NCBI GenBank assembly: GCA_001600695.1
Contig: BCKQ01000011.1
Location: 349,678 to 413,677, forward strand
Reading direction: 5' to 3'
Length of the DNA stretch: 64,000 nt
DNA from: Ascoidea asiatica JCM 7603
Taxonomy: Eukaryota > Fungi > Ascomycota
The notes beneath the pieces are model-generated. The model saw nothing but the letters and a program-made list of their open reading frames with translations. It was not told where the DNA came from and made no database searches. The translations under genes were made by a program, and so were the position numbers. Below are positions 45,447-57,728 of this stretch, in pieces (the first letter of the stretch is position 1; every line of letters starts with the position of its first letter).

Positions 45447-47701
45447 TTCATTTAAATCTTCAAATTTTTCTTACCCTTTTATCATTATTATTATTTACTT
45501 ATATGGTTATGAAATTTTTTTTGTTTCTATTTATTTTTTTTTTCTTTTTTCTTTTTTCTTTTCGTGTTCTTTTTTTAAAAGAATTAACTTCGTTTCTGAT
45601 ACCTTTTTTTTTGAATATGTTTTTAAATTTTTTTTTTTTTTTGTTTTTCCTTTTGTCTTTCTTCATTGTTTGTTGTTTTGTTGTTGTTTTATTATTTTTC
45701 AATCATTTTTTATTTTTTGTTTATTATTTTATTATTTTTAACCCAGATATTACATTCTCTCGTTCAACTCCATGGTATTATAAATCAAATCAAATTAGAT
45801 TAAATCTAGCTATTCCAAATTATAAATTATATCAAATCCTTCAAAATCCTTTCAATCTAGATATATTAGATATATTAATTATATGTTCAAAACAGTGCTA
45901 AATTTTACATTCCTTTTTCACAAAAATTATATTATTTTTACAAATTTTACAAATAAGAATTTACAATTATTTATTTATAATTCATTTTTTTACACTTATT
46001 ATTTCTCATTTCATATTTCATATTAGAAATTTTATATTTTATTCATTATTATGATATATAAACTATACCTTATATCAAATTTATATTTGCTATTATATTT
46101 TGAGATTCAAATTTTAATCAATTTAATTTCAAATTTCATGCTATTTTAGAACATTTCTCTGCTATATATTTTACTTTTAACTACTATTTTTTTATGTATT
46201 AATTATGGATTCTTTTTTCATTGGTTGCAGTATTTTTTTATATTTTTTTATATTTTTTTTTATTTTTTTTTTTTTCTTTTATTTTAATATTTTATAATTT
46301 ATAACTATTATTAAATTTATGATCTTTTTTCAAACAAATTCAAATTCATTTTCACACAAATAAAGATATCTAATTTAATCAAAACTTTTATGAAAATATT
46401 ATGAAATTATTTCTTTAGTATTTATTTAAAGTTCTGTAAACTACATTTAAGTTAATTGTAGTTTTCATTGAAAACTTATTTTCTCCAATACTTTCCTTTA
46501 TTTCATTTTGTGAAAAAAAACATTAATCCAGAAAATAAGTTAATCTTAAAGAACTTGGTAAAGTTGAAAAATTTTGGTCAGTAATTTTGAATTATTTATT
46601 ATCAAAATAAAATAAAAATTAATAAATATCCATTTTTGGAATTCAAATCAAAATTTCAATAATATATTTGAGACATTTGAGCAGTAAACATAATAAAAGT
46701 GAGACCAGTTTCATGGAACGAATGAAACCACGGAAAAATTACCAGTATTTCAAATGATTGTTGATAAAGAAACAAAAACAGGAAATAAATAAAAAACTGG
46801 AGCTGGAGCTGAAACCGGGCAAGAAGCGTGGAAAAAGCTGCTCCGGCCAATCTTTGCTCTCTTGCAGCCTGCGCGTTACCCGATAGCGAATGAAAGACGA
46901 AGAAACAGCGCGGTTTCGTAATCGTGTGGCGAGTGCCCGCTGAATGTCTGTGCACCAGAAGCTCAGCAGCTGCTTTATGCGGGTCCATGGCGTAGTGATG
47001 TCTTAAAGCAACACATGTAAATACAGCGCTGCGCTTTACTATACCGCCGCTTTTGGTTTTTATTAAATACATTGCGTACTTCGTAATTCCACAGTGGCGG
47101 AAGAGCTCACGTGCCGCTCGTTTTTTTATGTCCGAATGAAGCGGGAACGCATTTTTCAGTCTTTTCACTCTCGTTTTCGGTCATTTTCAATCGTTTTCGT
47201 GGTCCAAATTCAGTTACAACCCGATCCAGAACTGCACACACAAGAAAATATTGAATAAAAAACAGTGAGTAAAGTGAATAATGTCTCGCAGGAAGTGGCA
47301 CAGAGCAAAACACACTATGTTAGTGTCATACTGTTTGCTAACGAGCTGTGCTAGCGGGAAGAACTCTTAACTACTGTTAACTGGTTTGCTTTCTCTTTTC
47401 CAAATTCCTCGCTTTTCAATGGCCATTTAAAAATTTAATTCTTATTATTCCATATATTACTCAAAATTCTCAATTATTTTGAATTTATTTTGAATTTATT
47501 TTGAACTCTTTATTATTGTTAAGTTAAATTGATTAGTTAATTTATTTTAAATTCAGAATCCAGATTGAATTTCATTATTGTTTTCTTTAAATTTAGTCAG
47601 TCATAAAGTTATAATTTATTAGTTTAACTTATAATAATCAGAAATTAAATAAATAAAGAAATAAAGAAATAAAGAAATAAAGAAATAAAGAAATAATAAA
47701 A

Positions 47702-48469
47702 ATGAAATTCTGTTCAATTATCACTTTAGCAAGCTTAATAAGTTTATCTTTAGCTGCACCAGCTCCATTAGCTGCAAAAACAGAAGATGTTGATGTTGTA
47801 ACTGCAGTTGTTACAGTTTCAGCTTCTCAAACTGAAGAAGTTGTATCAAGTACTTCAACTAAAGAAGAAAAAGAATCAACTTCTATTTCATCATCAATTT
47901 CAACTTCTACAATCACCTCAACTCATGGTTATGATACTGATAAATATATGGTTTTAACAACTATAGAAAATTCAAAAGCAACTGGAACTACTACTATTAC
48001 AACTGGTACTCATAAATATGGTAGATTTGATAATACAAAAGATTCTGTATCAAGTTCATCAACAGGAACTCATAAATATGGTAGATTTGATAATACAAAA
48101 GCTTCAGTTGAAAGTACTTCTTCTGGTACTCATAAATATGGTAGATTTGATAAAACTAAAGATTCTGTTGAAAGTACTTCAACCGGAACTCATAAATATG
48201 GTAGATTTGATAATACAAAAGCTTCAGTTGAAAGTACTTCAACTGGAACACATAAATATGGTAGATTTGATAATACTAAAAATTCAGTTGAAAGTACTTC
48301 TTCTGGTACTCATAAGTATGGTAGATTTGATAAAACTAAAGAAGAACTTGTAACTGTTGTTTTAGTTAATAAAAATGCAAATTCTGGTAATGTTAATATT
48401 CCAAAAAATAGTTTAGTTATGTTTTCATCTCTTGCTGTTTTAATTATTACTGGTTTAATGATTGTTTAA
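47702..48469 (+). CDS. GPI-type cell wall hydrophilin, YNL190W/Pga14-like
   Basis: Signal peptide, six GTHKYGRFD(N/K)TK repeats (YNL190W has GTHKYGKFNKT) and a hydrophobic C-terminal GPI-like signal. Confidence 0.85.
   Translation: MKFCSIITLASLISLSLAAPAPLAAKTEDVDVVTAVVTVSASQTEEVVSSTSTKEEKESTSISSSISTSTITSTHGYDTDKYMVLTTIENSKATGTTTITTGTHKYGRFDNTKDSVSSSSTGTHKYGRFDNTKASVESTSSGTHKYGRFDKTKDSVESTSTGTHKYGRFDNTKASVESTSTGTHKYGRFDNTKNSVESTSSGTHKYGRFDKTKEELVTVVLVNKNANSGNVNIPKNSLVMFSSLAVLIITGLMIV
48002..48340 (+). repeat. Coding 60-bp minisatellite, six units
   Basis: Units start at 48002, 48062, 48122, 48182, 48242 and 48302. Confidence 0.95.
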
Positions 48470-48650
48470 TAAAAATTCTATTCTTCTTTTACAAATTACC
48501 CTTTTTTTTTTTTTTATATTTTTTTCTTAAATTTTTGTTCTAAACAATTAAAACTTTCTTAAATTTCATAATATAATTAATAATTTTTGTTAATAGAATC
48601 TACAAAAATGACTTTAAATTAATCTTTTATATTCTTTTTTCTTAATTTCA

Positions 48651-48653
48651 AAA

Positions 48654-48747
<94 letters not shown>
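48651..48747. repeat. (AAAT)n microsatellite, ~24 perfect units
   Basis: Directly visible. Confidence 0.97.
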
Positions 48748-48750
<3 letters not shown>

Positions 48751-49477
48751 AAATAATTAAATATTTTCCTAAATGAATTAGTGCTCAGTTGTCCTATAAC
48801 ATTAAGTAGTTTGCCCCAACACAATTTTCTTGTCCTAAATAACCGCATCCCACTACTTTTACACGTGACACCAAGCATTGCCACACACATTCTAATATTA
48901 TTGCCACTACAAGGCTAAGGCCTCGTAACGCTGATGATGCAACTTCGTAGTGAAATCAGAAATTGTTATGCGATTTCGTGTTGGGGAGGTTTCGAGGCTT
49001 CCTGATTCGACCCTGATGCTGTCCCGATTGGGCCGCGCGTGGAGCAGCGGCCTGTGCCTCGCGTCCTCGTTTACCTTTCGGTGGTGCAGTCATGTGACCG
49101 TTGTTTTGAATTTGCTGGTGTTCTCGACTGGATTCATTTCCACTGCAAACAACGCTGGAATTCATCAATTCAATTTCCAAATTCCAGGCAATGTCACTTT
49201 CTTAACTATGAAAATGTTCCATATTTATTAACAACGTTATTTATTTATTTATTTATTTATTTATTGTTATTATCATAGTAATGAATATTGAAATTGAAAA
49301 TAATTATTTATTATATTAAAAAACATTATTTGTAATTGATATTGATAATTGTTAAATAACTTTTATAATCCAATTATTTCTTTTCTTTTCTTTTCTTTTC
49401 TTTTCCTTTTTATTTCATTATCAATTCATAATAATATCTTCTTTAAAATAAAAAAAAAAAAGTATATTTTATTCAAA

Positions 49478-50329
49478 ATGAGTTATCAAAATTATGCAAA
49501 TGATAATCCATATGCAAGTAATAATGAAGTTGAAAATTATGAATTATCTGATACAACATTTTATAATCAAATTAATTTAATTAAAAATAATTTAGAAAAT
49601 TATCAAAATAATATAAATAATATTGAAATTTTAGAAAAAAATTTATTAAATGAATTTGATGAAGAACAAGAATCAAAAAGTAGAAAAAATTTAGATAATT
49701 TAATAATTTCAAATAATTCTTTACAAAATAATATTAAAAATGATTTAAAATTAATTTTTCAAAAAACAAATAATGATAATGATAAAATTCAACAATGTGA
49801 TTTTTTAAAAAAAGATTTTTTAAATAAAATTAATAATTTTAAAATTATTGAAAATAATTATAAAATTGATCAAAAAAATTTAATTGCAAGACAATTTAAA
49901 ATTATTAATCCAGATGCTGATGAATTTACAATAAATCAAGCTATTGAAAATAATGAAAATGGTCAACAATTATTTTCTCAAGCTTTATTAAATGCAAATA
50001 GAAGAGGTGAAGCAAAATCTGCTTATGCTGAAGTTCAAGAAAGACATCAAGAAATTATTAAAATTGAAAAATCAATGAATGAATTAACTCAATTATTTAA
50101 TGATATGGAAGAATTAATTATTGAACAAAATATTGTACTTGATCAAACTGATAAACAAATTTCAGATTCTCAAAAAAAAGTTGAACAAGGTTTAGCACAA
50201 ACTGATAAAGCTGAAAAAAGTGCAATTAAAGCAAGAAGAAAGAAAAGATGGTGTTATTTTATTTTATTTTTAATTATTATTATTATAATTGTTGTTATTG
50301 TTGTTCCAATAGTTACTCATTTTACTTAA
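49478..50329 (+). CDS. SSO1: Plasma-membrane syntaxin Sso1/Sso2
   Basis: The first ATG is at 49478 (MSYQNYANDNPY). QQLFSQALLNANRRGEAKSAYAEVQERHQEI SNARE motif and a C-terminal TM anchor. Confidence 0.92.
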   Translation: MSYQNYANDNPYASNNEVENYELSDTTFYNQINLIKNNLENYQNNINNIEILEKNLLNEFDEEQESKSRKNLDNLIISNNSLQNNIKNDLKLIFQKTNNDNDKIQQCDFLKKDFLNKINNFKIIENNYKIDQKNLIARQFKIINPDADEFTINQAIENNENGQQLFSQALLNANRRGEAKSAYAEVQERHQEIIKIEKSMNELTQLFNDMEELIIEQNIVLDQTDKQISDSQKKVEQGLAQTDKAEKSAIKARRKKRWCYFILFLIIIIIIVVIVVPIVTHFT

Positions 50330-51004
50330 TCATTCAATTAATTATTTAATCTTAATCCTTTTTATCTCTCTGTTTTTGTCTGTGTTTCTCTGGTTTACAG
50401 TGTCTTTTTTTTTCTCTGTTGTTATATTTTGTTCTTCTCTTGTTCTTTTTTAACGTAAATTCAAGTAATTATAATTATAATTTTTATTTCTCTTCAATTA
50501 ATAATTAATTTATATTTCTCAAAACATTTATCTAATAAACATTCTTTTTCTTCAATCGAGTATCATATGAACCCTTAATGACTTGATCCAAGTCTCAATT
50601 GTCTTCCATGTCATTCCTTCTTTCTCTTTGTTCTTCTCTATCTTCTCTTTATCGTCATCATCTTCATTGTCATCATCATCTCACTTATCATCTTCATCTT
50701 CATCTTCATCTTCTTTTAACTCAGTTCCTTTATTCTTTCTTCCTTCTTCCTTCTTCTTTCTTCTTTCTTCTTTCTTCTTTGCTTCGATTCGTCTGACTGC
50801 GTTCCGCGTGACCCGCTGCGTTGGTTCGTATTTTGGCCACCGTGCACTTTTTCTGCTCGTGAAATTTGGAAAATTCTTTTTGATTTCCTTCCATCGCATA
50901 AAGTACTGAAATAATCAGGGGTGTTACGTGATACAATAACCATATTGTGTACTACTAAACCATGAAACAGTTTCTTACGAATAATCCCAATAAAACAGGG
51001 CATT

Positions 51005-51019
51005 CTTCTAGAATATTCC
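51005..51019. promoter_or_regulatory. Heat shock element upstream of SSE1
   Basis: TTCtaGAAtaTTC, three perfect alternating nGAAn units, about 340 bp upstream of an Hsp110 gene. Confidence 0.75.
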
Positions 51020-51354
51020 GTGAACTTCTTTAAAATTCTATTTTATATTAAAATTCTTCTTTTAACAAGAGAAAAAACCAGAAATTTCCTATGAAAAAAA
51101 AAAAAAGTTATGTGAAAAAAGTGTTGAATATAACAAAAACTTAGAAAAGAATCAAATTATTTCTTAATATTTATAAATTATAATATATTTTTTTTTGAAG
51201 TTTTATAAAATTACAGACAGAATCAATTTATCTTTTATATATATATATAAATATAAATTATTTTTTCTCTTTTTAATCATTTTTTAATCATATAATATAA
51301 CATATAAATATAAATATAAATATAAAATTAAAGAATAAATTTTATTTTTTAAAA

Positions 51355-53475
51355 ATGAGTATCCCATTTGGTCTTGATTTAGGTAATAATAATTCTGTTA
51401 TTGCAGTTGCTCGTAATAGAGGTATTGATATTATTGTTAATGAAGTTTCAAATAGATCAACTCCAACTTTAGTTGGTTTTGGTAGAAAAAATCGTTTAAT
51501 TGGTGAAAGTGCAAAAAATCAACAAAATTCAAATGTTAAAAATACTGTAGGAAATTTTAAAAGAATTTTAGGTAAAAATTTTAATGAAGATGATTTAAAT
51601 ATTGAAGAAAAATATTTTAATCATATTCCTTTAATTAAAACTAATAATAATAAAATTGGTACAAAAATTAAATTTTTAGGTAAAGATAAAGAATTAAATT
51701 CTATTCAATTAATGGCAATGTATATTAATAAAATTAAAGATATTACTATAAAAGAAGTTAAAGGTAAAATTAATGATATTGTAATTGCAGTTCCTGTTTG
51801 GTATACTGAAGTTCAACGTCGTGCAATTTCTGATGCTGCAATTATTGCTGGTTTAAATCCAGTTAGAATTGTTAATGAAGTTACTGCTGCTGCTGTTGGT
51901 TATGGTGTATTTAAAGCATCTGATTTACCTGATGAATCAAAAAATATTGCATTTATTGATATTGGACATTCATCATATACAGTTTCAATAATTTCAATTA
52001 AAAAAGGTGAATTAAAAGTTTTAAGTACAGCTTATGATAAACATTTTGGTGGTAGAGATTTAGATTTTACAATTACTGAATTTTTTGCAAATCAATTTAA
52101 AACAAAATATAATATTGATATTAAAACAAATCCAAAAGCATATTTAAGAGTTTTAACAGCTTGTGAAAAATTAAAAAAAGTTTTATCTGCAAATACTCAA
52201 GCTCCAATTAATATTGAAAGTTTAATGAATGATATTGATGTTTCAAGTTCATTATCAAGAAATGAATTTGAAGAATTAATTGAACCTTTAATTTTAAAAA
52301 TTTCAAAACCAATTGAAGAAGCTTGTAAACTTGCAAATATTAAACCAATTGATGTTGAATCGATTGAAGTTATTGGTGGTTGTACAAGAGTACCAATAAT
52401 TAAAACAAAAATTTCTGAAATTTTTAATAAATCATTATCATTTACATTAAATCAAGATGAAGCTATTGCTAGAGGTTGTGCATTTATTTGTGCAATTCAT
52501 TCACCAACTTTAAGAGTTAGACCATTTAAATTTGAAGATTATAATCCAAATTCAATTACTTATTTTTGGGAAGAAGATGGTGAAGATATTGATCATATGG
52601 AAGTTTTTAAAAAAGGTTGTTCATATCCATGTGCAAAAATTATTACATTATTTAGAACAAAAGATTTTCAAATTGGTGCAAGATATAGTAATATAAATGA
52701 ATTACCAAAAGGTACACCAGAAATTATTGCAAAATGGAATATTAAAGGTATTGAATTAGAAAAAGAAAATGAAGCAATAAGTTGTAGATTAAAATTAAGA
52801 TTAGATCCTTCTGGATTTGCATCAGTTGATAAAGCATATACAGTTATTGAAAAATTAGTTAAAGAAGAAATTGTAAATTCAGAATCTAAAGAAGGTGATG
52901 AACCAATATTTAAAGAAGTTAAAAAAATGGTTAAAAAACAAGATTTAATTATTGAAGGAGAATTTTTAAAATTATCAGATAAAGAAATTAGTGAATATAT
53001 TGAAGAAGAAAATTCAATGGTTATGGAAGATAAATTAGTTTTTGATACAGAAGAACGTAAAAATAATTTAGAAGAATATATATATGATTTAAGAGGTAAA
53101 TTAGATGATAAATATTCAAAATTTGCAAGTGATGAAGAAAAAAATAAATTAAATGAAATGTTAACAAAAACTGAAGATTGGTTATATGATGAAGGTTTTG
53201 ATAGTACTAAAGCTCGTTATATTGCAAAATATGAAGAATTAGCTTCATTAGGTAATTTAATTAAAGGTAGATATATGGCAAAAGAACAAGAAAAAAGAGA
53301 TGCAATTAGAGCAAAAGAAGAATCAAAAAGAGCAGAAAAAATTGCAGAAAAAATGGCAGCAGATAGAAAAGCAAGAAATGAAGAAGTTCCAAATAAAACT
53401 GAAGAAAAAAAAGTTGAAAATGAAAATAAAAAAGATTCAGAAGGTGATCTTGATATGACTGAAGAATTAGATTAA
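51355..53475 (+). CDS. SSE1: Hsp110 chaperone / nucleotide exchange factor
   Basis: [34 protein letters not shown]; [16 protein letters not shown]; [11 protein letters not shown]. Confidence 0.97.
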   Translation: MSIPFGLDLGNNNSVIAVARNRGIDIIVNEVSNRSTPTLVGFGRKNRLIGESAKNQQNSNVKNTVGNFKRILGKNFNEDDLNIEEKYFNHIPLIKTNNNKIGTKIKFLGKDKELNSIQLMAMYINKIKDITIKEVKGKINDIVIAVPVWYTEVQRRAISDAAIIAGLNPVRIVNEVTAAAVGYGVFKASDLPDESKNIAFIDIGHSSYTVSIISIKKGELKVLSTAYDKHFGGRDLDFTITEFFANQFKTKYNIDIKTNPKAYLRVLTACEKLKKVLSANTQAPINIESLMNDIDVSSSLSRNEFEELIEPLILKISKPIEEACKLANIKPIDVESIEVIGGCTRVPIIKTKISEIFNKSLSFTLNQDEAIARGCAFICAIHSPTLRVRPFKFEDYNPNSITYFWEEDGEDIDHMEVFKKGCSYPCAKIITLFRTKDFQIGARYSNINELPKGTPEIIAKWNIKGIELEKENEAISCRLKLRLDPSGFASVDKAYTVIEKLVKEEIVNSESKEGDEPIFKEVKKMVKKQDLIIEGEFLKLSDKEISEYIEEENSMVMEDKLVFDTEERKNNLEEYIYDLRGKLDDKYSKFASDEEKNKLNEMLTKTEDWLYDEGFDSTKARYIAKYEELASLGNLIKGRYMAKEQEKRDAIRAKEESKRAEKIAEKMAADRKARNEEVPNKTEEKKVENENKKDSEGDLDMTEELD

Positions 53476-55564
53476 ATTTTGTTTTTTTTTATTTATAAAT
53501 TTCTTATTTCAATTGTTTATTAAATCATTTTATTGATTGATCAATAGATTTATATCAAAACTAAAATTTAGAAATTAAATTAATTAAATTAATTAAATAA
53601 ATTAAATAAATTAAATAAATTTAAATTTTTTTATTCATTATATTGTTATTGTTTATATAATTATTCCTCTTATAAATCAAAATTAAATTAAATTAAATTC
53701 TTATACAATATATACTGTATAGTATGTATTAGACTAGGCAATGAAGTTCCGGTCATTGTTTTTCCCCATTTTGATTTCTTGATTATTTGAATGTATGCAA
53801 CCGGGGAGTAATTTCCCGAAACTGGTCTTGGCACATGACATCAGAGAAATTTTGATTTTTTGTAATATTTTTTTAAAGCATTTCGGGCAAAACAATGCTA
53901 AAGTGCCGGTACATGATCTACCGCAAAAGAGTCAAAACACAAGAAATTGAAAGCGTTAACGGTGTCAGGAGAACAGTTTCCGGTATGGTAAATACCAAGA
54001 AAAGTCGGAACTGGAAGATTATTTCGATCCTTGTTTCAGAGCCCACAGCACTGGTACTGGTACTGGTACTGGTACTGAGACAATAAACCCAGGACAATGG
54101 TCTCAGCCAGTGCAATGGATCCCGTGGCTGACGCTCTCTGACAGACCCCGAAGTGCATGCTAAAACGTACCCCCGCCTGTGTGGCAAAACTTGCCACGCC
54201 AGCGCCGTTTGCGAGGCCGAGGACATCCTGCGTCCAGCCCCTGAGGAAACCAGCAGCTTCGGAAGCAGTGTTCCTATCGCGCACACACCAACGCCAGCCT
54301 GCAGTCTCAGCACGCCAGCCCGGTTACCCTCCGCTTTCACTTTTAGCGCACGATGCTCTCGTGCTTTCTCTGGGAGGGTTTCACTGCCTTTATCTGGCTG
54401 TAGCTGGTTTTATCTCGATTTATCTTGATTTTTCTGTTGTGTTTTGCTCTGTCAGTGTTTTGTCAGTGTTTTGCCAGTGTGTTTCCAGCGCAATAACAGC
54501 GCATTAACACTCTTATCTCACTGCGCGCAGAACCGTTGAGATATTTGTCATTTGAGCGCGCTGTGGCTTCACTACTATCCTTTCTACTACTGTTACTGTT
54601 ATTACTGCTATTTTCTCTTCTTTCTCTGTTTTGTTCTTAGATTTTAGGTGCTTCTGTTCCGAAATCATGAAAATCATCAAAACTTTCTTTCTCTCAACGC
54701 TTTTTTTTAACTCCAAACTCATCAATTTCACTAATTTTTCAATAAAGTTACTTTATTTTTAATAATTTTCAATGATTTTTCATTAAATTTCATTAAATTT
54801 CATTAAATTTCATTATTTCAACTCTTTCTTTTCAATTTCTATTACTTTGTCTGTCGGATTCTCTTTCAATTACTTTGTTTTTTTTTTCTTTTTTGTTCCA
54901 TTTTTACGCATATTTCCTTTAGAATAATTAAAATATATAAGAAAAATATAAAAAAAAAAAAAAAAAAATTTGTGTCCTGCATAAACTTAGAAATTTTAGA
55001 TTCCTTAACAGATCTCATCCTTATTTATTTATTTACTTTATTTATTTATTTATTTATTTATCAATCAATCACTTTACTTTACTAAGTAAATAATTCATTT
55101 TATCATCAAGTTAAAAAGCCGAACAAAATAATAACAAAAACAATAATATTGAATAAAATTATGAAAAAAAAAAAATCTAATTAAAAATGATAATTTTAAC
55201 TATACTTTAATTTTAAATATTAGTACTCAATTGAATTATAATTTTATCTAGATCAATTTTTTTTTAACATTATAAATATCTTCAATTATATCTTTTTTTA
55301 AAAAAATTAAATATTTCTAATATATATTTTAAATTAATTCATTTTATTTATTATTTATTATTTATTATTTATTATTTAATTCAAATTAATATACCAGTAT
55401 ATAATATACTATTATAACAATATATAATATATATATTTATATATATATATATATATATAATTATATCTAGAATTTATAAAATTTCAAATTTATAATATCA
55501 AAGAAATTAAAAAAAATAAAAAATAAAAAATAAAAAAGAAAAAAAAAGAGAATAATTATTAAAA

Positions 55565-57040
55565 ATGCCTAAAATAGGAAAATTAAATGTTACAAAAAAA
55601 ACAGTGAAATTAGCACTTTTCCTTTTAATGGATCTTGCTTTTTTTTTCGCAGAAATTGTTGTTGGATATATGGTTAATTCATTATCTTTAATTGCAGATT
55701 CTTATCATATGATGAATGATATAGTTTCATTAATAATTGCAATTTGGGCAACTGAACAAAAAAAGAAAGCTGCAACAAATAATTATACTTATGGTTGGCA
55801 AAGAGCAGAAATTTTAGGTGCTTTATCAAATGCTGTTTTTTTATTAGCTTTATGTTTTTCAATTTTATTAGAAGCAATTCAAAGATTTGCAACTATTGAA
55901 GAAGTTAAAAATCCAAAATTAGTTTTAATTGTTGGTTGTGCAGGTTTAGCTTCAAATACAATTGGTTTATTATTATTTCATCAACATGGTCATTCTCATG
56001 GTGGTGGAGGTGGACATTCTCATTCTCATGGTGGTTCTTCTAAAAAAGATAAAAAAGAGAAAACTTTAAAAGATAAATCTTCAAATTTAAAAACAATTAC
56101 TGAATCTAAAGAACAAGAAGATGATCATCATGATCATGATCATGATCATGGTCATTCTCATTCAAATGAAGAACATTCTCATGGTGATTCTCATGATCAT
56201 GGACATACTCATTCTGATGAAAAACATGCTCACTCTGATGATACTATAAATGAACATTCTGATGAAAAACATACTCACTCCGATTCTCATGATCACGATC
56301 ATGAACATGAACATTCTCATTCTGATAATCATGATCACTCTCATGGTGATTCTCATGGTGATTCTCATGATCATGGTCATACTCATGATATTGAAAATAA
56401 TCATGATCATGATGAACATGATCATGATCATGATCATGTTGAAAAACAAGCTAAAAATAAAAGTTTAAATATGAAAGGTGTCTTTATTCATGTTCTTGGT
56501 GATGCTTTTGGTAATATTGGTGTTATAGTAAGTGCTGCAATAATTTGGAAAGTTAAAGCAAAATGGAGATTTTATTTTGATCCTTTAATGTCTGTAATTT
56601 TAGTTATACTTATTTTTTTCTCTGCTGCTCCATTAGTTAAAGATTCTTCAAAAATTTTATTACAAGCAACTCCTGTTGATATGGATGCTGATAATGTTCA
56701 ATTAGCTATATTAAAATTACCAAGAGTTGTTTCTGTTCATGATTTCCATATTTGGAATTTAACTGAAGATGTTGTAATTTGTTCATTTCATGTTGATTTA
56801 GCTGCTCCTCCAGAAGCTTTTAATGAAATTAGTATTCAAATTAAAAAACTTTTACATAAATATGGCATTCATACTGCAACTATTCAACCTGAATTTAATC
56901 AATCTTTAAGTGATAATGATTCTCAATTAACTCGTATTGCAACTGGTCCAGTTATTTATGGTTCAATTAATAATGGTGATTCAAAATGTTTTGTTGATGA
57001 TACTCTTGGTTGTAATGCAGTTGATTGTATTGAAGAATGA
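55565..57040 (+). CDS. ZRC1: Vacuolar zinc/cobalt CDF transporter (Zrc1/Cot1) with an expanded His-rich loop
   Basis: LIADSYHMMND, YTYGWQRAEILGAL, HVLGD, VHDFHIWNLTE and a C-terminal Cys motif. Confidence 0.92.
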   Translation: MPKIGKLNVTKKTVKLALFLLMDLAFFFAEIVVGYMVNSLSLIADSYHMMNDIVSLIIAIWATEQKKKAATNNYTYGWQRAEILGALSNAVFLLALCFSILLEAIQRFATIEEVKNPKLVLIVGCAGLASNTIGLLLFHQHGHSHGGGGGHSHSHGGSSKKDKKEKTLKDKSSNLKTITESKEQEDDHHDHDHDHGHSHSNEEHSHGDSHDHGHTHSDEKHAHSDDTINEHSDEKHTHSDSHDHDHEHEHSHSDNHDHSHGDSHGDSHDHGHTHDIENNHDHDEHDHDHDHVEKQAKNKSLNMKGVFIHVLGDAFGNIGVIVSAAIIWKVKAKWRFYFDPLMSVILVILIFFSAAPLVKDSSKILLQATPVDMDADNVQLAILKLPRVVSVHDFHIWNLTEDVVICSFHVDLAAPPEAFNEISIQIKKLLHKYGIHTATIQPEFNQSLSDNDSQLTRIATGPVIYGSINNGDSKCFVDDTLGCNAVDCIEE

Positions 57041-57728
57041 TTTATTTAATCATATATTCTCTAAACATTTCATAATCATTGTTTTTTTCTTTTTTTATTA
57101 TTATTTATATAAATTTTATTATTGTTAATACCAAAAAATTAACTTGAAATTTAATACTAATTTATTCATTTTCTTTTCTCACTCTTTTTTTTCTTTTCTC
57201 TTTTCTCTTTTCTCTTAAAAATTTTTGTTGAATTTAAAATTTCCTATAATATAAGATTTTAAAATTATCTACTTTTAATAAAAATATTTCAAATTCATTC
57301 AATCAATTTATTCTTCAATTCATTTCTTATTCGAATTCTGTAATTATTAAAAAAGTTTCTTCGATGATTGATTATATTTATTAGATTGATAACGTAATTA
57401 ATTATATAACCATTTGCTTTTTCATTTACCCGGCATTTCAACAATAGCTCAGGCAGCGTTTGAAATATGCTAAAATACGCCGTAAGACACATGTTGACGC
57501 AGGCTTACCTCTGGCCACCGCGCCGCGCAGAGGCTCAGAATAATTCATAAACGTTAGCAAAATTAAGGAGAAACATTTTTACTAAATAAAAGTAATTGAT
57601 TAATATTGATGATTAAATCTATCAATTGTCAGAAATGTGATTAAAATCATCATTAACCAACACTCTAAAGACAATAATAATAATAATAATAATAATTATA
57701 TATCTATCACAAATATCATTGAAAGAAA

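Noticed and set aside
45418-45901. Phe-rich ORFs downstream of the 939-aa gene
   Set aside because: Translations of a poly-T 3' UTR.
48002-48340. CRISPR-like repeat/spacer appearance
   Set aside because: In-frame coding minisatellite with near-identical spacers in a eukaryotic gene; no cas genes.
48930-49020. Possible C/D snoRNA (TGATGA...CTGA)
   Set aside because: No terminal stem or recognisable rRNA-complementary guide; a snoscan run would be needed.
49349-49477. Hydrophobic N-terminal extension of Sso
   Set aside because: It begins at TTG in a T-rich leader; the first ATG at 49478 gives a typical Sso N-terminus.
53895-54731. Six overlapping ORFs of 63-140 aa
   Set aside because: Same GC-island artefact, as also at 11941-12403, 32077-32356, 35294-35605, 40734-41031, 46656-47313, 48950-49278 and 50583-51003.
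2-57040. Zinc theme (ZRG17, ZRC1, ADH, zinc peptidase) as a cluster
   Set aside because: The genes are spread over 57 kb among unrelated housekeeping genes.
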